A DNA stretch of 59,127 nucleotides, filler included, from Basidioascus undulatus (lineage: Eukaryota): NCBI GenBank assembly GCA_000826855.1. It is 6 parts of 6 records of this genome, joined end to end, with 100 filler letters (N's around TTAATTAATTAA, not from the genome) between each part and the next. Parts side by side here need not be neighbours in the genome. Positions count along the whole stretch, not along the records: positions 33,482 to 39,834 come from JTLS01001762.1; positions 39,935 to 46,286 come from JTLS01001763.1; positions 46,387 to 52,725 come from JTLS01001764.1; 3 more parts are not named here. One strand, given 5' to 3'. A program made the translations under genes and the position numbers. Position 1 is the stretch's first letter; each line of letters begins with the position of its first letter. The notes beneath the pieces were generated by a model. The model did not search any database. It saw nothing but the letters and a program-made list of their open reading frames with translations, and was not told the origin of the DNA. Below are positions 35,996 through 48,759 of the stretch, in pieces.

Positions 35996-38172
35996 TCACT
36001 GCGTCCGAAGCATCCGGGTTAAGTTGCACAGATTCCAGGCGCATGCGTCAATGCGTTCGCAGCCAGCGTCGATGTACAAGCCCGCCCTCTGAAGTTGCTG
36101 AGCATGGATGCTGCGGGAATTGAGCAGGCACACAGCACGCAGGTCCGCGAGCGCTTGAAGGTAGTGCGGCAATCCATAGTGATCAGTCGACGGCGGCGGT
36201 GGGGGACGCTGCTCCTGCTCCTTCTGCAGACTCTTACACAACGTCCGATGCGCTTTCCAGTCCCTTCAGATGCCCGCGTTCATCGCTTCAGCACGCACTC
36301 CCGCAACGAGGGCAAGTGAGCAGCGATTCGGGTACGCACCGTTTCTGATGCACTACCGAGCAGTACTGCGCGGCCTTGCACCCACCGCACAGCTTTCCCG
36401 CGACCACCGTACAGCCGGGCAAGCTGCACATCGGCGCCTTTGACTCCTCCTCGCTCGTCGTCGGCGTAGGCGCAGGCCAGGGCGCAGGCGCGGGCCAGAG
36501 CGCAGGCGCGGGCGAGGTGGACGTGGACGTGGACGTGGACGTGGGATGTGGATGTGGGCGACTCCTTGCGCGCTGCCCTATCCCGCAGCGCCCCAAACGA
36601 GATGTACAGTTTTGCCCCAGTCGGCCAGAGATCGTCTTTGGCGGGGTGGTCCGGGGTCTTGAACGCTGTGCTCGCTCGGCGTACGCGCTCCGCGACGGAG
36701 TCGTCGTCGTTGAGGAGCTGGAGGATCGAGTATCGGCGAAGCGGGACGTACTCGCGGAGCTCGTCGTTGAGCGTCCAAGCGACCTCAGTCAGATCGTCTG
36801 TGTGGGGGAAGGGGCAGACGAGGAGGTTTAGTTTGGGAGGACTCGGAAGATGGGTGCAGCGAAAGGACGCTACCGAAGATTTCAGGGTCGATGGTCCTCG
36901 CGTTGGACGAGATCAAAATAAATAGGTCCCAGAGTCCGGCGTCCATGCAACGTTGAAAGAGCGGGCTGTGCGGATAGTGCTTAGATCCGTCATGCGATGA
37001 TCTATACGAAGAACCCAAAGACTTGCCGTGCAAGGTTTTCTGAGACGCCAAGCAGAAGCTGACTTCGGCGCGCCTCGCCTTCGGCCGGGCCATCGCTCTG
37101 CTCCGCGTCTTCGATGAAGGCGCATAGAGGTCTAATCTCTATCGCGGTCGCCGGGCTCGGCGGCTCGGCAAGCACGCGCGAGAACTTCGCGATGAACTCG
37201 GGCGCGGGCGCGATCCACGTGAGGAGCGAGAGCGGGCAAGGACATCGCAGTACGTGAAGGAGAGCTCGTTCCCAAGGGGGAAACGAAGCCAGACTAGCGT
37301 GAGATAGGGGATGATGGAAGGGCGGGAAGCCATGATCCTGTGTTGAGGAAGCGGCGTGGACAGATTCGTCAGTTGAGGAGCGGCGATGCCGCGCCGAAGT
37401 GCGCAAGGGATAATGAGCGTAGTAGCTATGACTTGGGCCGTACCTTCTTAAGTCATCGTCCGCCCTTCCTCGAAGCGGTAGAGCACAGTTCCTATCACTG
37501 AACGGATGTTGTCGCCTAGGTCGCCTTCGGCTTCAAGAAGACGTCGCTCTCGCCAGATCTGTTTAGCTCGCACAATCTCGTGTAAGTTACGCCACGGGAA
37601 CCTGGTTAGGTCACTTGAACGCACGCTGTCCATGAGTTTGGGGAATGCCTTGAAAAGATTGTCCAAAGCCGACCGATCGGCTTCCTCGGTGCCGACAGTC
37701 AGCCCATGATGGGGGAGAGAATGGTGAGGAGGGAGCCGTTGGCCTAGCAATGAGGGAGGCTCTGAGCAGCTGGATTGATTCATTGTAGAGTTGAATATGC
37801 GCACCATACTGAAGCTCCCTACTCGTTCCATATTGGAAAAATGCTGGAGAGCGACTCGGTGAGTCCTGCCCGGCGCAGGCCTATCTGCAGAGCGTGAACG
37901 ATTGTAAAGCGACTTCGACACTAGCCAGCCGATTTTCCACTCGGTGATTGAGGGCCGCCGGATGATCTTACCCAGATTCGGCGATCCCCACAGCCTATCG
38001 AGATGGCATTCAGCCGAGGGACTTCGTGCTTTGCCATGCGCCTCAAGCGGGCGACGTCGTTGCGCGGGTTGGCCTTGATCGCGCGCAACTCAGCCTTGAT
38101 GGCCCGATTGTTTTCCCAAACCATGGCAGAATCGCCCATCGCAAACTGAAAGGGGACAGGGAATTCGGACAT
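35996..38172 (-). CDS. MYND-type zinc-finger protein with several single-base homopolymer frameshifts
   Basis: C-terminal MYND CSLPGC...LCGGCKAAQYCSVVHQKR|DWKAHRTLC. Upstream exons appear to join once 1-nt indels in T/G/C runs are corrected. Confidence 0.7.
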
Positions 38173-39571
38173 GCCGAGGAGATGGATGCGTGAAGTCGTC
38201 GCAGGTCTAACTGCGCGAAAAGGAAGAGGAGCTTGCTGTGTCTCAGGTTCGCGGGAGTTCAACGGACGCTGGCAGATCGCCAAATCATGACTCTAATTTA
38301 CCCGCGGTGGAACGTGGTTGCCATGCACTCTTATTATGCAAAGTGAAACGGAAGTGAAGACAGACTTACATCTGTGTAACATTTAGAAGTCCTAGCAAGA
38401 CACCCTCTGTCAGGTGCAGCTACAGCCCTCAGCAGTAAACGATTCAACCATGTGTACAAACGAGATGCAGGTTCTTAAAGTGTTCTGTAAGGTCCAAAGT
38501 CACTCAAACGGTTTGGTTCTCCCCAATCCCATGCAAACAGGATAAGCGTTCAAGCTTCATGTGCGAGCGTGGACCCTACACCCACTTGCAGATCCCGCAC
38601 AGGCCCGACAAAAATTCAGGAGTACTTGAGCTCTGTTTCAGCTAGTTTAACTTGGGTATGCACATAACTGGGTATCCGACCCTGCTCGGCTGCACACTAC
38701 ATGTCCGCCGGCAACTGGCTCGCAACGGATGTGACCTGTAGGAGGACTGCCAACGCCATGTGCATGAGGACGCCCACAGACCCACCAAAGTGAAGGGGTG
38801 AGCAGTATTAAGGAACAGATATTGGGATGTGTCATAGGCCAAGATATTCAATTGGGATACATCCAGGTGCACGGCAAGAGGATTGAAAGCAAGAACGGGA
38901 GCGGTCAGCCGCGAGCTGAGGCGCAATTGTTGACTTCCACGGCTGACTCTCATACTTACGAGTTGTGGGAACCGCTTTGTGGTTCAAGAGTGAAGTAGGG
39001 TACCTCTATTTCTCTGCAGATAGTTGGTGAGTTGCTGTGTTCTGACGCGCTTTTCTCTCAGCGGCCATTCAAGCTGCCGCTCCGTGTTCACTTGATCCCA
39101 CTTGGCGTAGGGTCAGGATATCCTGGCAAGAACATTCTCGTAGCCATGCTTTCGCAACCATGAGACATGCGCGAATCATGTTCCATTGTTTGTTCTTTAT
39201 GGCCTAAAGGCGGAATTGCCTCCGAGTCCGAGTCCGGCCCCGCATGACCAGTGAGCCTCGCGTACATTCGTCCTCCTCTCTCCATCTCTCATCATGTTCG
39301 GCTGTGTTCACATTCAAAGTCTCCTCGGATGTTTGACATAAACACCGGTTCTCCCACTTCCTAGGATCATGGGGCACCGTTTCAGGGATACTGATCGAGC
39401 AACAACCAGCGGGATGCGGAAGGCTGACGTTCGGTTGACCCCCTGCAGCGCAGCCATCCTTTCGAGACCCCCATTTGAGCGGGCGTTCCAGTCCTCTTGC
39501 TCTCTTAGACTCAAATAGGTCACTTCTCCTCTGTTACACCTTCTACCATTCTCACTACTGGAGCATATACG

Positions 39572-39834
39572 ATGAAAGGTAGACACGCTGGCGTTTGGTG
39601 TAGGGCCTGTGGCGCTGACGACACGTCCTTCTGGCGGAGACATCCCATCACAAAGGTGCGCCACACTACTACGTTTTCAGTTATTCACCGATTGTGGCAA
39701 CAGACTGACCCAGTCTTCCCTGTACAGGAATACCTCTGCAACCGCTGTACCCTTTTTCCACGTCCTACCCCTGCTTCCCTCATGCAGTGCTGACATGTTG
39801 CCACTGCTTTTAGGCGGTCTCGCAGCGTACGAAT
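39572..39834 (+). CDS. GATA-type zinc finger (C-X2-C-X18-C-X2-C), partial gene
   Basis: Splicing introns 39656-39727 and 39747-39813 gives CRACGADDTSFWRRHPITK|EYLCNRC|GLAAYE. Cut off by the linker; upstream exons unresolved. Confidence 0.75.
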
Positions 39835-39934
39835 NNNNNNNNNNNNNNNNNNNNNNNNNNNNNNNNNNNNNNNNNNNNTTAATTAATTAANNNNNNNNNN
39901 NNNNNNNNNNNNNNNNNNNNNNNNNNNNNNNNNN
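39835..39934. other. Artificial contig linker
   Basis: N44-TTAATTAATTAA-N44. Confidence 0.98.
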
Positions 39935-40960
39935 TCCTCCCTCGTCGAGCGGTGCTTCGCCTCGTGCGCAACCGACTTTACCTCCCAAGCCTGTCTGCTC
40001 GCCCAGGTCCTCCTCCTCGCTTCTCTTCGCTCTCTTCTCTTCACCCAATCAGCCGTGCTCCCCATTGCCCATAGCGTCCCCTGTCCCGCCTTCCGCCCTC
40101 CCCCTGCACCCCTCCCGCAAGCCCCGTCCGACGCGGGAACGACGACCCAGGAAGGCGCAGCTGTCTCGTCCCTCCGCTCCCCTGCGCCTGCCTATCGCCA
40201 GTGTCTGAGGTGAGAGCAATTTGCTTCCTAGCACAACAACATCCCTTCACACCCTTTCTTCTTCTCTGCGGATTATCACGCTCACGCTCTTTGTTCTCTC
40301 TTAAACAGTCACGGACGACGACGAGAACCGGCTGAAACTGACATCCATCGCTACACCGCTCCACTACTCCACGGATACCGCAGCCCATCTTCTTCCTCTC
40401 GTCAGTTGTTCTCTCGAGGCATAGCCCCTCAAACGCTCGCTCATATCAGCTTAGCCACCCGCCATCATCTCCAGACGCTCCCAGCTGCATCACCCATCAC
40501 CGCCGTGACCGCCCCGCCCCGAGGCACAGCTAGACTCCCCGTTACGCAACAACTAGACCGCTGCACCTCCGTGAGTCGTCCATTCGGCTCGTTGGTTGCG
40601 ATGGAACGGACGTGTGTCGATGCAAAGCCAACGGGCTGTTCGTGCTGGGATCGGCGGTGGGACTCAGCCTGGGATGCTGGGTGGGGTGGCCGTCCCTCGA
40701 GCCTGCTCCTCTCAGCTGGCCAGGCGTCCAGGCGTAGCTGCATCTTTTTGTCTGTCTTCGACGCTGACCCCCACATTTCATTCCTTGTCCTCTCAGAAAG
40801 CTACTCGTCCACCTGGACGTTCTGATAGACACCCGATACCTTGATCTCCCACCCAATTCGTGAGCCCCCCTCCCACTCTTTGATCCCTCCTACACGCATC
40901 TCACGCCCCCGCCCCTCAGTCCCCATCCCAACTCCCACTTCCACTCCCCCTTCATCCACC

Positions 40961-41839
40961 ATGTCTCTTCCCCTGCCCTCCAACCGCTCCCGCTACCCAA
41001 TCACCTTCCGCCGCCCCACCTCCTCTCACCCCTCGGCGCCATCAACCACCTCGTCCACCTCCAGCTCCGTCCCACACGTCCCCTCCACGCGCACCAAACG
41101 CAAGCGCACCTCCTCCGCGCGCGCGCATCTCCCCCCCGGGGCGGCCTCCGCGTTCGGGACGATAGCGCTGGCGATCTTTCTACGGCCGCACCGCCCGGGG
41201 CGGCTGGGGTTGGAGCTCGTTAATGATCGGTGGGCGCCGCCGCCATCGCCCTGCCCCGCGCACAACTCATCCTCTTCATCCGCGCACCCGCGGAGGAAGG
41301 CGCACACGCACTGGGCGCGCGAGAAGGTCCCCGCGCAGCAGGGGCCCGTGAGCGCCGGTACGCGCGGGGTTCGCAAACCGCACGTGCGTCCCCCACAGTC
41401 CTCTGAGGAGCGCGACTTTACGCCCCCAGCGCCGAAGCGGCGGCGTGTGGCCGCTCCGACCTCACCGCTCCGCCCCGCGCAGCCTGTGCGCCGCGCGAGT
41501 GGGTCATCCCTCGACGTGCCCCTCCCCTCCCCTCGTATGTCTACACGACGGACCCCCACGCGCGCAAGCATCCCCGCGACGCTGCCCAAAAGGGAGGTGC
41601 CCTCCGTCCTCCTCTCCCTGCCCATTCCTGAGGGGTCGACGTCCGCCCCGCCCAGTCCCGCGCTCCCCCAGCCCGCGCGCAGGCGCAGCCCCAACCCCCT
41701 CCCTCGCGACGACGTCGGGAGCGACGGCGGGGAGACGTCGGAGGGCGGAAGCGGGCGCTCGACCCGCCCGCGCCGCGCGGGCGCGGGGACGACCAGCGCG
41801 CGCTTTAAGGACTTTGTGGAGCTTACCGGGAACGCTTGA
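40961..41839 (+). CDS. Hypothetical Pro/Ser/Arg-rich disordered protein
   Basis: 292-aa ORF from CACCATG after a pyrimidine-rich leader, with basic NLS-like patches (TKRKR, PKRRR). No recognisable domain. Confidence 0.45.
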   Translation: MSLPLPSNRSRYPITFRRPTSSHPSAPSTTSSTSSSVPHVPSTRTKRKRTSSARAHLPPGAASAFGTIALAIFLRPHRPGRLGLELVNDRWAPPPSPCPAHNSSSSSAHPRRKAHTHWAREKVPAQQGPVSAGTRGVRKPHVRPPQSSEERDFTPPAPKRRRVAAPTSPLRPAQPVRRASGSSLDVPLPSPRMSTRRTPTRASIPATLPKREVPSVLLSLPIPEGSTSAPPSPALPQPARRRSPNPLPRDDVGSDGGETSEGGSGRSTRPRRAGAGTTSARFKDFVELTGNA

Positions 41840-42779
41840 TCCCACCTCTCTGTCCTCCTCTCCCCTGCTCTGCTTCCTTCCATCCCCCTTGCCTGGAGTC
41901 CTGCCCGCTCACTTGAGCGGCTCTCATCTTCCAGCCTCCCAGGTCTCGCTTCGCCTCGCATGTTTTACTAGCATTTTCGCACGTCCGTCTCGCTCTGTTT
42001 TACGTCTTGTTATCGCACACCCATCCACCATATCCCCATCGTCCCCCACGCCATCTCCGGCATTTTCGATCTCACTGCATCTATACATACCATCCCATCC
42101 CCCCTCCCTCTACACCCCGCCGACCTCAATAGACCTCCCTCTCTTCCTCTCTCCACACCCCAGCCTCTCCCACTCCTCCCGGCCATTTCCTTTTCTCTCT
42201 GCGTCAGCCCACTAATCTCCCATCGCACTTTTCCCGTCCCACGCACACACAACACCACCCCCCACTACCTCGCATCGCCATCGTCCTCACTCTCGCTCTG
42301 TCTACGCCCCGCTGTTGTACACCACGACGCCCGCCGCCGCTGTCTCCTTGCTTGCTCTGTACGTCGTCCTGCCCTTGTCTTGTGCTGTTACATAATTGTC
42401 CTCGTTATTTGCTGTGCTTTCGTGTGCGACTGTTGAGGCGCCGTGCTACTGTACAAACTTCGGTAGTGTGAACTTCTTGAAGACACCCCCGTCCCCGAAC
42501 TACGCAGTTGCCAGCATTTCAACAATTGCTTGATAATAGTAGCAACTTTGGCGGGGTCGGAATGCTTCTGATTTCTGCAACGTACCAGCTGTTGCATGCT
42601 GCCTAGTCGTGCCCAAGCCCGCTGCCTCTGCTCCACCAGAACGCGTCATTATTGAATGCAGCTGATCAAAATATCGCCGTTCAGGATCGACGTTCTTGTC
42701 TGCTCTCGAACGAGCACATACGGCGCTCTCACCTTCGTACGCTATCTTCAACTGCAACTGGAGGGAATCCAACAAGCCT

Positions 42780-44950
42780 CAGCCCGTTTGTCATGAGCGG
42801 TGCACCTCTGGCTATGATAGAGGATCTTCGCGCTTTTTTCTAATTCTCTTCGGCATCACTTCCCACTTCTTGCGGGATCGGTGCGCAACCTTTCGCCCGC
42901 TGCCGAGGTTACCAAAACACTCACCACAGCTCGATGTGTAGTGTCATTTCGAGTTTGTGCGCTCACACGAAAGTCGTCTCTACTCTCTAGGAGTGCTCTG
43001 GGGTCAAAGGTTGCTGGTGTCATCACTTTCGGCTCTAGCTGGGAAGACGGCACAGAGGGACGCGGTCAACGGGAACTGTTACTCTGGGTGCGCCCTCCAT
43101 GACCATGACTGGGGCAAAAGCTTTGACTTATTCGTGAGGACTTCACAGTTTACGAGGATCAGCGTCGGGTATGCATCAACATTTTCTCTTCGTCTACGCC
43201 CGCTGACGTGATGCATCATACGATCCAAGTCTTCTCAGCTGGGGCGTTCCTTCCAGCCAAGTACCTGTTCCAGCGCAGAAACGCCCGGACGATATTCGTT
43301 CTTCTCTGCCCGGTTCTACTAGGGACATGGGCAGTAACGACGTTACTCGTCTGGGCCTCGGTGGACGCGAAAGCATGCTCATTGGGGCGGTCCCGCCGTT
43401 AGTCTTTACCTTATGATGGGGTATTGAGATTAGTTTTCAAACTGATGCGGATGACGCGAGGAAGACCAATTGACCCCATCCTGGCCGGAGCTGTCGTGAA
43501 AGGAGGTGAGATATCACGTGGACACAAGGGGCCCGATAGGACTAGCCAGACGCTCACCTATGTTGACAATATATGCGGACCACCACGTTCCGCCGCACAT
43601 CCGCAACATTATCCTCGCCGAAAGTTCCATGAACGAAGGACTGGATGCGTGTCCGATGCTTCTCACACCCTGCAGTTGCTGATACGGTCGTCTTGTCGAA
43701 ACAGGGGCACCCGTCGTCTTCCTCTCTCTCTTCTCGATTCTCTACAGGCCCGGCGAAATGACGAAGGGCTGCTTCGCGGACATCGTCTTGTACTACGTCG
43801 TCCTCTCTACAGCGGTCGGCGCTGCGTGGGGCTACTTTATCGGTCGGTTCTTGCGCCTCAGCCGGCGCCACGGATGGATAGACAAGTAGTCCATGCTCGT
43901 GTTCAATGTGGCTGTTGCTTTCAGCTTGGTTGGCGGAGTACGCATTCCATCGGCTTCCTAGATGGTGTCTCGAGCTGACGACGCTTGCAGCTGTCGTTCA
44001 GCAACAGAACGAGTTATCAGCTTGCATTGCGGCCGGTATGACGCTAAATTGGGGAAGTTACTCGGATCATCTAGGGAGACTTCATGCTGAAGAATGGCAC
44101 AGGATAACAGCGTTCGTTCGGAGGACCTGTATTCTTGTTTCTCGTGCGTGACAGGTACTCGCGCCGTAGTGTCTGATCCGTGTTTCGCAGCGAGGCAATC
44201 GATAGCATACTGGAGGTATTGGTATTTACATCTCTCGGTATGCCACCCTAGTTCACTAAACCTCGGTCGGTCAACCCGATCAAGCTATCGTCGGTTCACA
44301 GGCGCCATCTTCCCATGGGACGCATGGTTCCACTCGACACCGCCGCTCAAAGCCTGGCGTCTTCTCGTCCTTGGATTGGCCTGTCTCACTCTGCGTCGAC
44401 TTCCGCTCATGCTTGTCTTCCGGAGATAGGCACCCCAACTTAAAAGGGTCCGAGAAGCTTCGTTTGTCGGGTACGCGCCTTTCCTGCCTCTTCTACTCAC
44501 GCAGCCAGCTGACGCATGGTCCTCATGGAGATACTTCGGTCCTGTTGGGATCGGCTCTCTGTTTTGTATCCCCTTGTAACATTATGGTGTACGAAACAGC
44601 GGTCGCTGACACTTTGGGATTCCAGACGCTCTGCAAGCGCAAGCGGCACAAGACCTCCTGCAAGACTCGCAGTTCATCGAGACGCTCTTCAACGTAGTCG
44701 CATGGGTGATCTTTGCTTCCCTGATCCTCACGGCACCACTCTCCGTACGCAACCTCTAACCCCTTCACTCCTCACCCACCCCACGCGTCCGCTGGTAAAA
44801 CACTCCAGCTTCTTCCTCCTAGCCAGCACCGTCAACCCGACGCTCGCGCCGCAGAACGTCTGCAGCGCGGCGGACGAGCCTACCCAGCCGGACGTCGCGC
44901 GGGAGCAAGACGAGGAGCGGCGCAGTATTGAGGAGTATGAGGCGGTTTGA
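42780..44950 (+). pseudogene. Na+/H+ antiporter (fungal CPA1, Nha1/Sod2-like) pseudogene
   Basis: Ordered motifs FFLILFGITSHFLRDR, FTRISVG.IQVFSAG.FLPAKY, PIDPILAGAVVKG, HVPPHIRNIILAESSMNEGLG, WIDK*SMLVF, AIFPW...AWRLLVLG...LRRLP...RR*APQL..REASFVG.YFGPVGIG, ASLI.HGTT. In-frame TAGs, broken splice sites and frameshifts. Confidence 0.85.
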
Positions 44951-45450
44951 AGAGGGGCGGCGAGGGGAGTCGGAAAGGGACTCGTTGCTGGGGGATGATG
45001 AGACGGGCGTAAAAAGGGGCAGCGAAGCCGGTCCAGAGGCATTTGGCGCACATTGTTCGGTTGAATAAGATGAACGAGTAGCTTACGGTGAACTTTTTTT
45101 TATCCCCAATTGTTCGAGTGCTTTATCCGGCGTTGTAGCGATGCGCGGGACGCTGCGGAGGCTGTTCTGAGTCTTCGTTCTCGACAACCCTCGTTCCCTC
45201 AATCCAATCAATACCCTTTCCAGGCAGGACCAGACGACTCGCACATCTCGACACACCTCGCGCTGCAAAAGTGCTATCCCATTCCAGGCCATTGACACAT
45301 GGCAGTGTATCTGCATCCTGTCCATCCGCTCCCAGCTGCCAACCAGAAAGGGCGTACGAGCCGCAATTTGCGGCGTTCGCCCTCCTCAATCCCATACGTG
45401 TCCGATTGCAATCAGACGCTTCGAACGTCCAAATAACGCATAGCCCGTTC

Positions 45451-46286
45451 ATGATCAATCAGAGTCCCCCAACTCAATCGGCCCCTTCCCCACTCCTGTT
45501 CCCTCCCCCCTCCTTCTCCTCCCAACCGCAACCGCAGCCCCGCCACCTCCACCCCCGCCCACACCATCCTTCATCCTCCGTACGCACTCCCATCCGCCAA
45601 CCTCGCTCTCCATCACGCCGCGCAACACATACCTCCTCACCGCCGACGATCACGGCGTCGTCTCCGTCGTGCGCACCTCGACGCTCCGACCCGTGCGGAC
45701 GTGGGCGGCGCATTCGGACGGGGTGCTCAGGGTTGAGGAGTGGCAGGGGGGAATTCTCTCGTCCGTCTTCGTCTCATGCGTTGCCGCTTGTGCCTTCTCG
45801 AATGAGTCTGATTGGCGCTGGTGTGAAGGAAGACACGGCAGGGATAATAAGCTCCGGTATTGGGCGTCCGAGGCGTTTGCTGAGCCGCTTGGGGATGGGG
45901 GTGGGAAGGGGCAGGGGGGTGAGGATCAAAGCCCGGGGATGGAGTGGGAGATGGATGTGAATGCGCTCAACTTTTGCGCGTTCTCCCTCCTCTCTGAGGA
46001 CGGGCTTGTGGCGCTCCCGAACTTAGTGGACTCTGCCCTGGTGTGCTCCTTTTTCTCTTCACATTATTCCTTACGCTTACTTGACTAATGCGCTGGGACT
46101 GTCATGTAAGGTGGATGTGTGGCGCATACCCTCCAAAGAGCGCGTGCACCGCGCGATCGGCCGCCCGCCAGACGGGTCGATCCCAGCCGTGCCAGACGGG
46201 CGGGACAAGAGTAACCCGACTGGTACGTATTCTTCCTCCCCTCTCCTTCTCCCCTACCCCCGCTCACCCCCCCCCCCCAAAAAAAA
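45451..46286 (+). CDS. ASA1: ASTRA-associated WD40 protein Asa1, 5' part (start uncertain, 3' truncated)
   Basis: PTPSFILRTHS, STLRPVRTWAAHSDGVLRVEEW, S|HGRDNKL, MDVNALNFCAFSL, LVALPNLVDS, VDVWRIPSKERVHRAIG. Confidence 0.85.
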
Positions 46287-46386
46287 NNNNNNNNNNNNNN
46301 NNNNNNNNNNNNNNNNNNNNNNNNNNNNNNTTAATTAATTAANNNNNNNNNNNNNNNNNNNNNNNNNNNNNNNNNNNNNNNNNNNN
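46287..46386. other. Artificial contig linker
   Basis: N44-TTAATTAATTAA-N44. Confidence 0.98.
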
Positions 46387-48759
46387 GGAAGGACGGATAT
46401 ACCCTTACAACCCTCTCCGGGTTCTTTTTTTTTCTCTTCTTTTTCTACTTTTTGGGAATTTTTGACGTATCACATATAGCACGCTCCCCGATATCCCTTT
46501 CTCCACCCGCACGCACGCAGCACCACGCACGACGCACGCAACCACAGACATTTACTGCATGATCATGATCTCCCCTTACTTCACGTAGCTCGCTCCTTCA
46601 GTAGGTATATCTAATCCTGCGCGAAGATCGAGCTTATTAAGCCTTGCAATTCATAAACGTATGGAACGCGACTTGGGGATGCGTGAGGCACACGCACTCG
46701 CAAGTCGCGCTCAGGCTGTCGGAGTTGGTTTCGTGCTCTCTGGGTGATAGTAATGCGGTGGTTAACGGTGACCGGGTTACAGGTAAGCACTCTCGTGGTG
46801 CGCAATGATTGTGTGAGACCAACGTGAGGTCCGGGTCGTTTAAACGTCGTTTTTGCGAGAGAAGGTGAAGTTGGAGCAACGCAGAGCCTGCTGGCTTCCA
46901 TCATGCTAGCTCGCCCGTCGCATGCTGAGGGTAGATAAAAGTAGTGAACTTTCACAATGTATCCAAAACAGAGAGCAATGCTTCAAGTTCGAACTTCTTG
47001 TGACGGATAGACCATCTGAGTGAGTGTGACATCCACACAGTCGCTTCACTCGGGATGGGCTCTGACTTCACCTTTCGAGCACCTCTTCCTGGACCCAGGA
47101 TACGGGACACTCGTAATTTTTTAGATCTGGAAAATTTAATACAACTCAGAGAGGTAAGAGAAGCGTCGGTCAAGTTGTTCTCGAAATTATCAGCTCTCCA
47201 GGCCGCCGACAGGTTCGCCATCATCGGCGGCCCTTTCTGTCCTCATTACATGAGAGCATTATCCTCACGAATTCACATTACATACCGGTGTCAGGTCTTG
47301 TCCTATCCACTGCCCTTTATCTCACGTCAGCTAAGGCCTTCATCAGCCAAGACCGTCCGCCACATGGACCCAGCTGCAAGTGGGTCGGCCCCCGCTCAGC
47401 AAGCCCGAGGAAGCTTGGACGACTTGGGACGACCTTGGACCAAGATTGAAGTTCAGCTTTTATATCTTCAGTTGTTCCTGACGCTCCGTGGTCCATGTCG
47501 AACAAATCTGAAGGCCTTGAGCAGTTGAGCTGCAGATCGACGCGGTGTACAGGCGCCGGCACAGTGACTTGATGAAGACGACCTGATTCCCCCATGTTTA
47601 AGCAGGGTTTTGGAGACTGTAAAGATCCGGGGACTCTCCGTTTCTGCCCATGCGTCTTTGCTGAGGTGACTGCCCATCTCGACGACAGACAGCATATGCA
47701 CCGACGTTGGCATTTCTGGCGTTGACAATTCAGTTTTCGGTGATCGTTTGTCTGAATCGTTCAGATAACCTTCCCTGACATCTTTCACCAATTATGAGTG
47801 TTTATTGAACATGAATAAATTCGATCCCATTGTCTTCTTCCCAGTTATTTTCATCGCACCCGTCTTCCACCCAGATATTGGACCGCGACATGCATATGAA
47901 AAGCTTTGAGCCCCCAATTAACTGAATTCTCAGGCCAAACACCCTCTTTTCAGGCATGGGGCAGGTGCGCATACCCAAGTACCCCTTCAGGAAGCACTGT
48001 GCCGGTCGGCAGTGCTGGACGGCAAAGGACGCCCCAGGTTGCTGGGCACTTTGAGGATGAACCAACATCCTTATAAGCTCGCTACACTTGCCACATTTCC
48101 TGCTAATTCCAGAGATTCGGACATGCCAGGATACTTTCGCGCATACACATTATCGAGAACCGAGGCATAGCCAGCCGGCTGCCACGGCTGCCGCTGCATC
48201 TGTGGCAACTGTACGAGCGACTGACCTGGGACGTTCCGGGATCCTCCTGCAGATAACGGTGGCAGAACCTCCTGAAATCGTCACGGAGCTTTTCTATTTC
48301 TAAACACACAGCCTTTCACCGTTCATCTTGGCCAAAGTGGAGGAGGCGAGGGTGAGGACTGCAAGAACACGTGAACACGTGAGGGTGGCGCCATGATGCA
48401 CTGTCGTGACTGTCGTTTCGCCAGGCCTGATCGATGTCCCTTGGCCGTTCACGCGCCAGCTATACATGCCGCAGTCATAATTTAAGGCGATCATGATGAT
48501 GAGTTCGCTGGCCGCTCCAACGTAGGGCATGCGTTGGACCTTCCATAGCCGGTCTCGTGAGCCATCTTAGAGCGTCTTCACCTCCGGGCCATTGATACCG
48601 GACACTCTGACCTGACGAGGCGGCCTGCTTGGGAGTTCATAAACCAAGCGGAAGGTCTTTCTGCACGTATAGTTCACCACCTGCATTTCTTCCTCAAGTC
48701 TTTGTACCAACTCCTGTACTTCATTCCAACGACCCCGCCCCTCTACGTACACGACAACA

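Noticed and set aside
43160..43710. GT-AC and AT-AG introns as minor-spliceosome candidates
   Set aside because: No U12 donor (RTATCCTT) or branch consensus. They lie in a gene with multiple nonsense mutations, so decay is the simpler explanation.
18748..44429. Genome-wide TAG reassignment suggested by several in-frame TAGs
   Set aside because: SUA5, SYS1, the ADY2-like gene and the DUF2985 gene all terminate at TAG at plausible C-termini. The internal TAGs map to different expected residues (E, W) in genes carrying other lesions.
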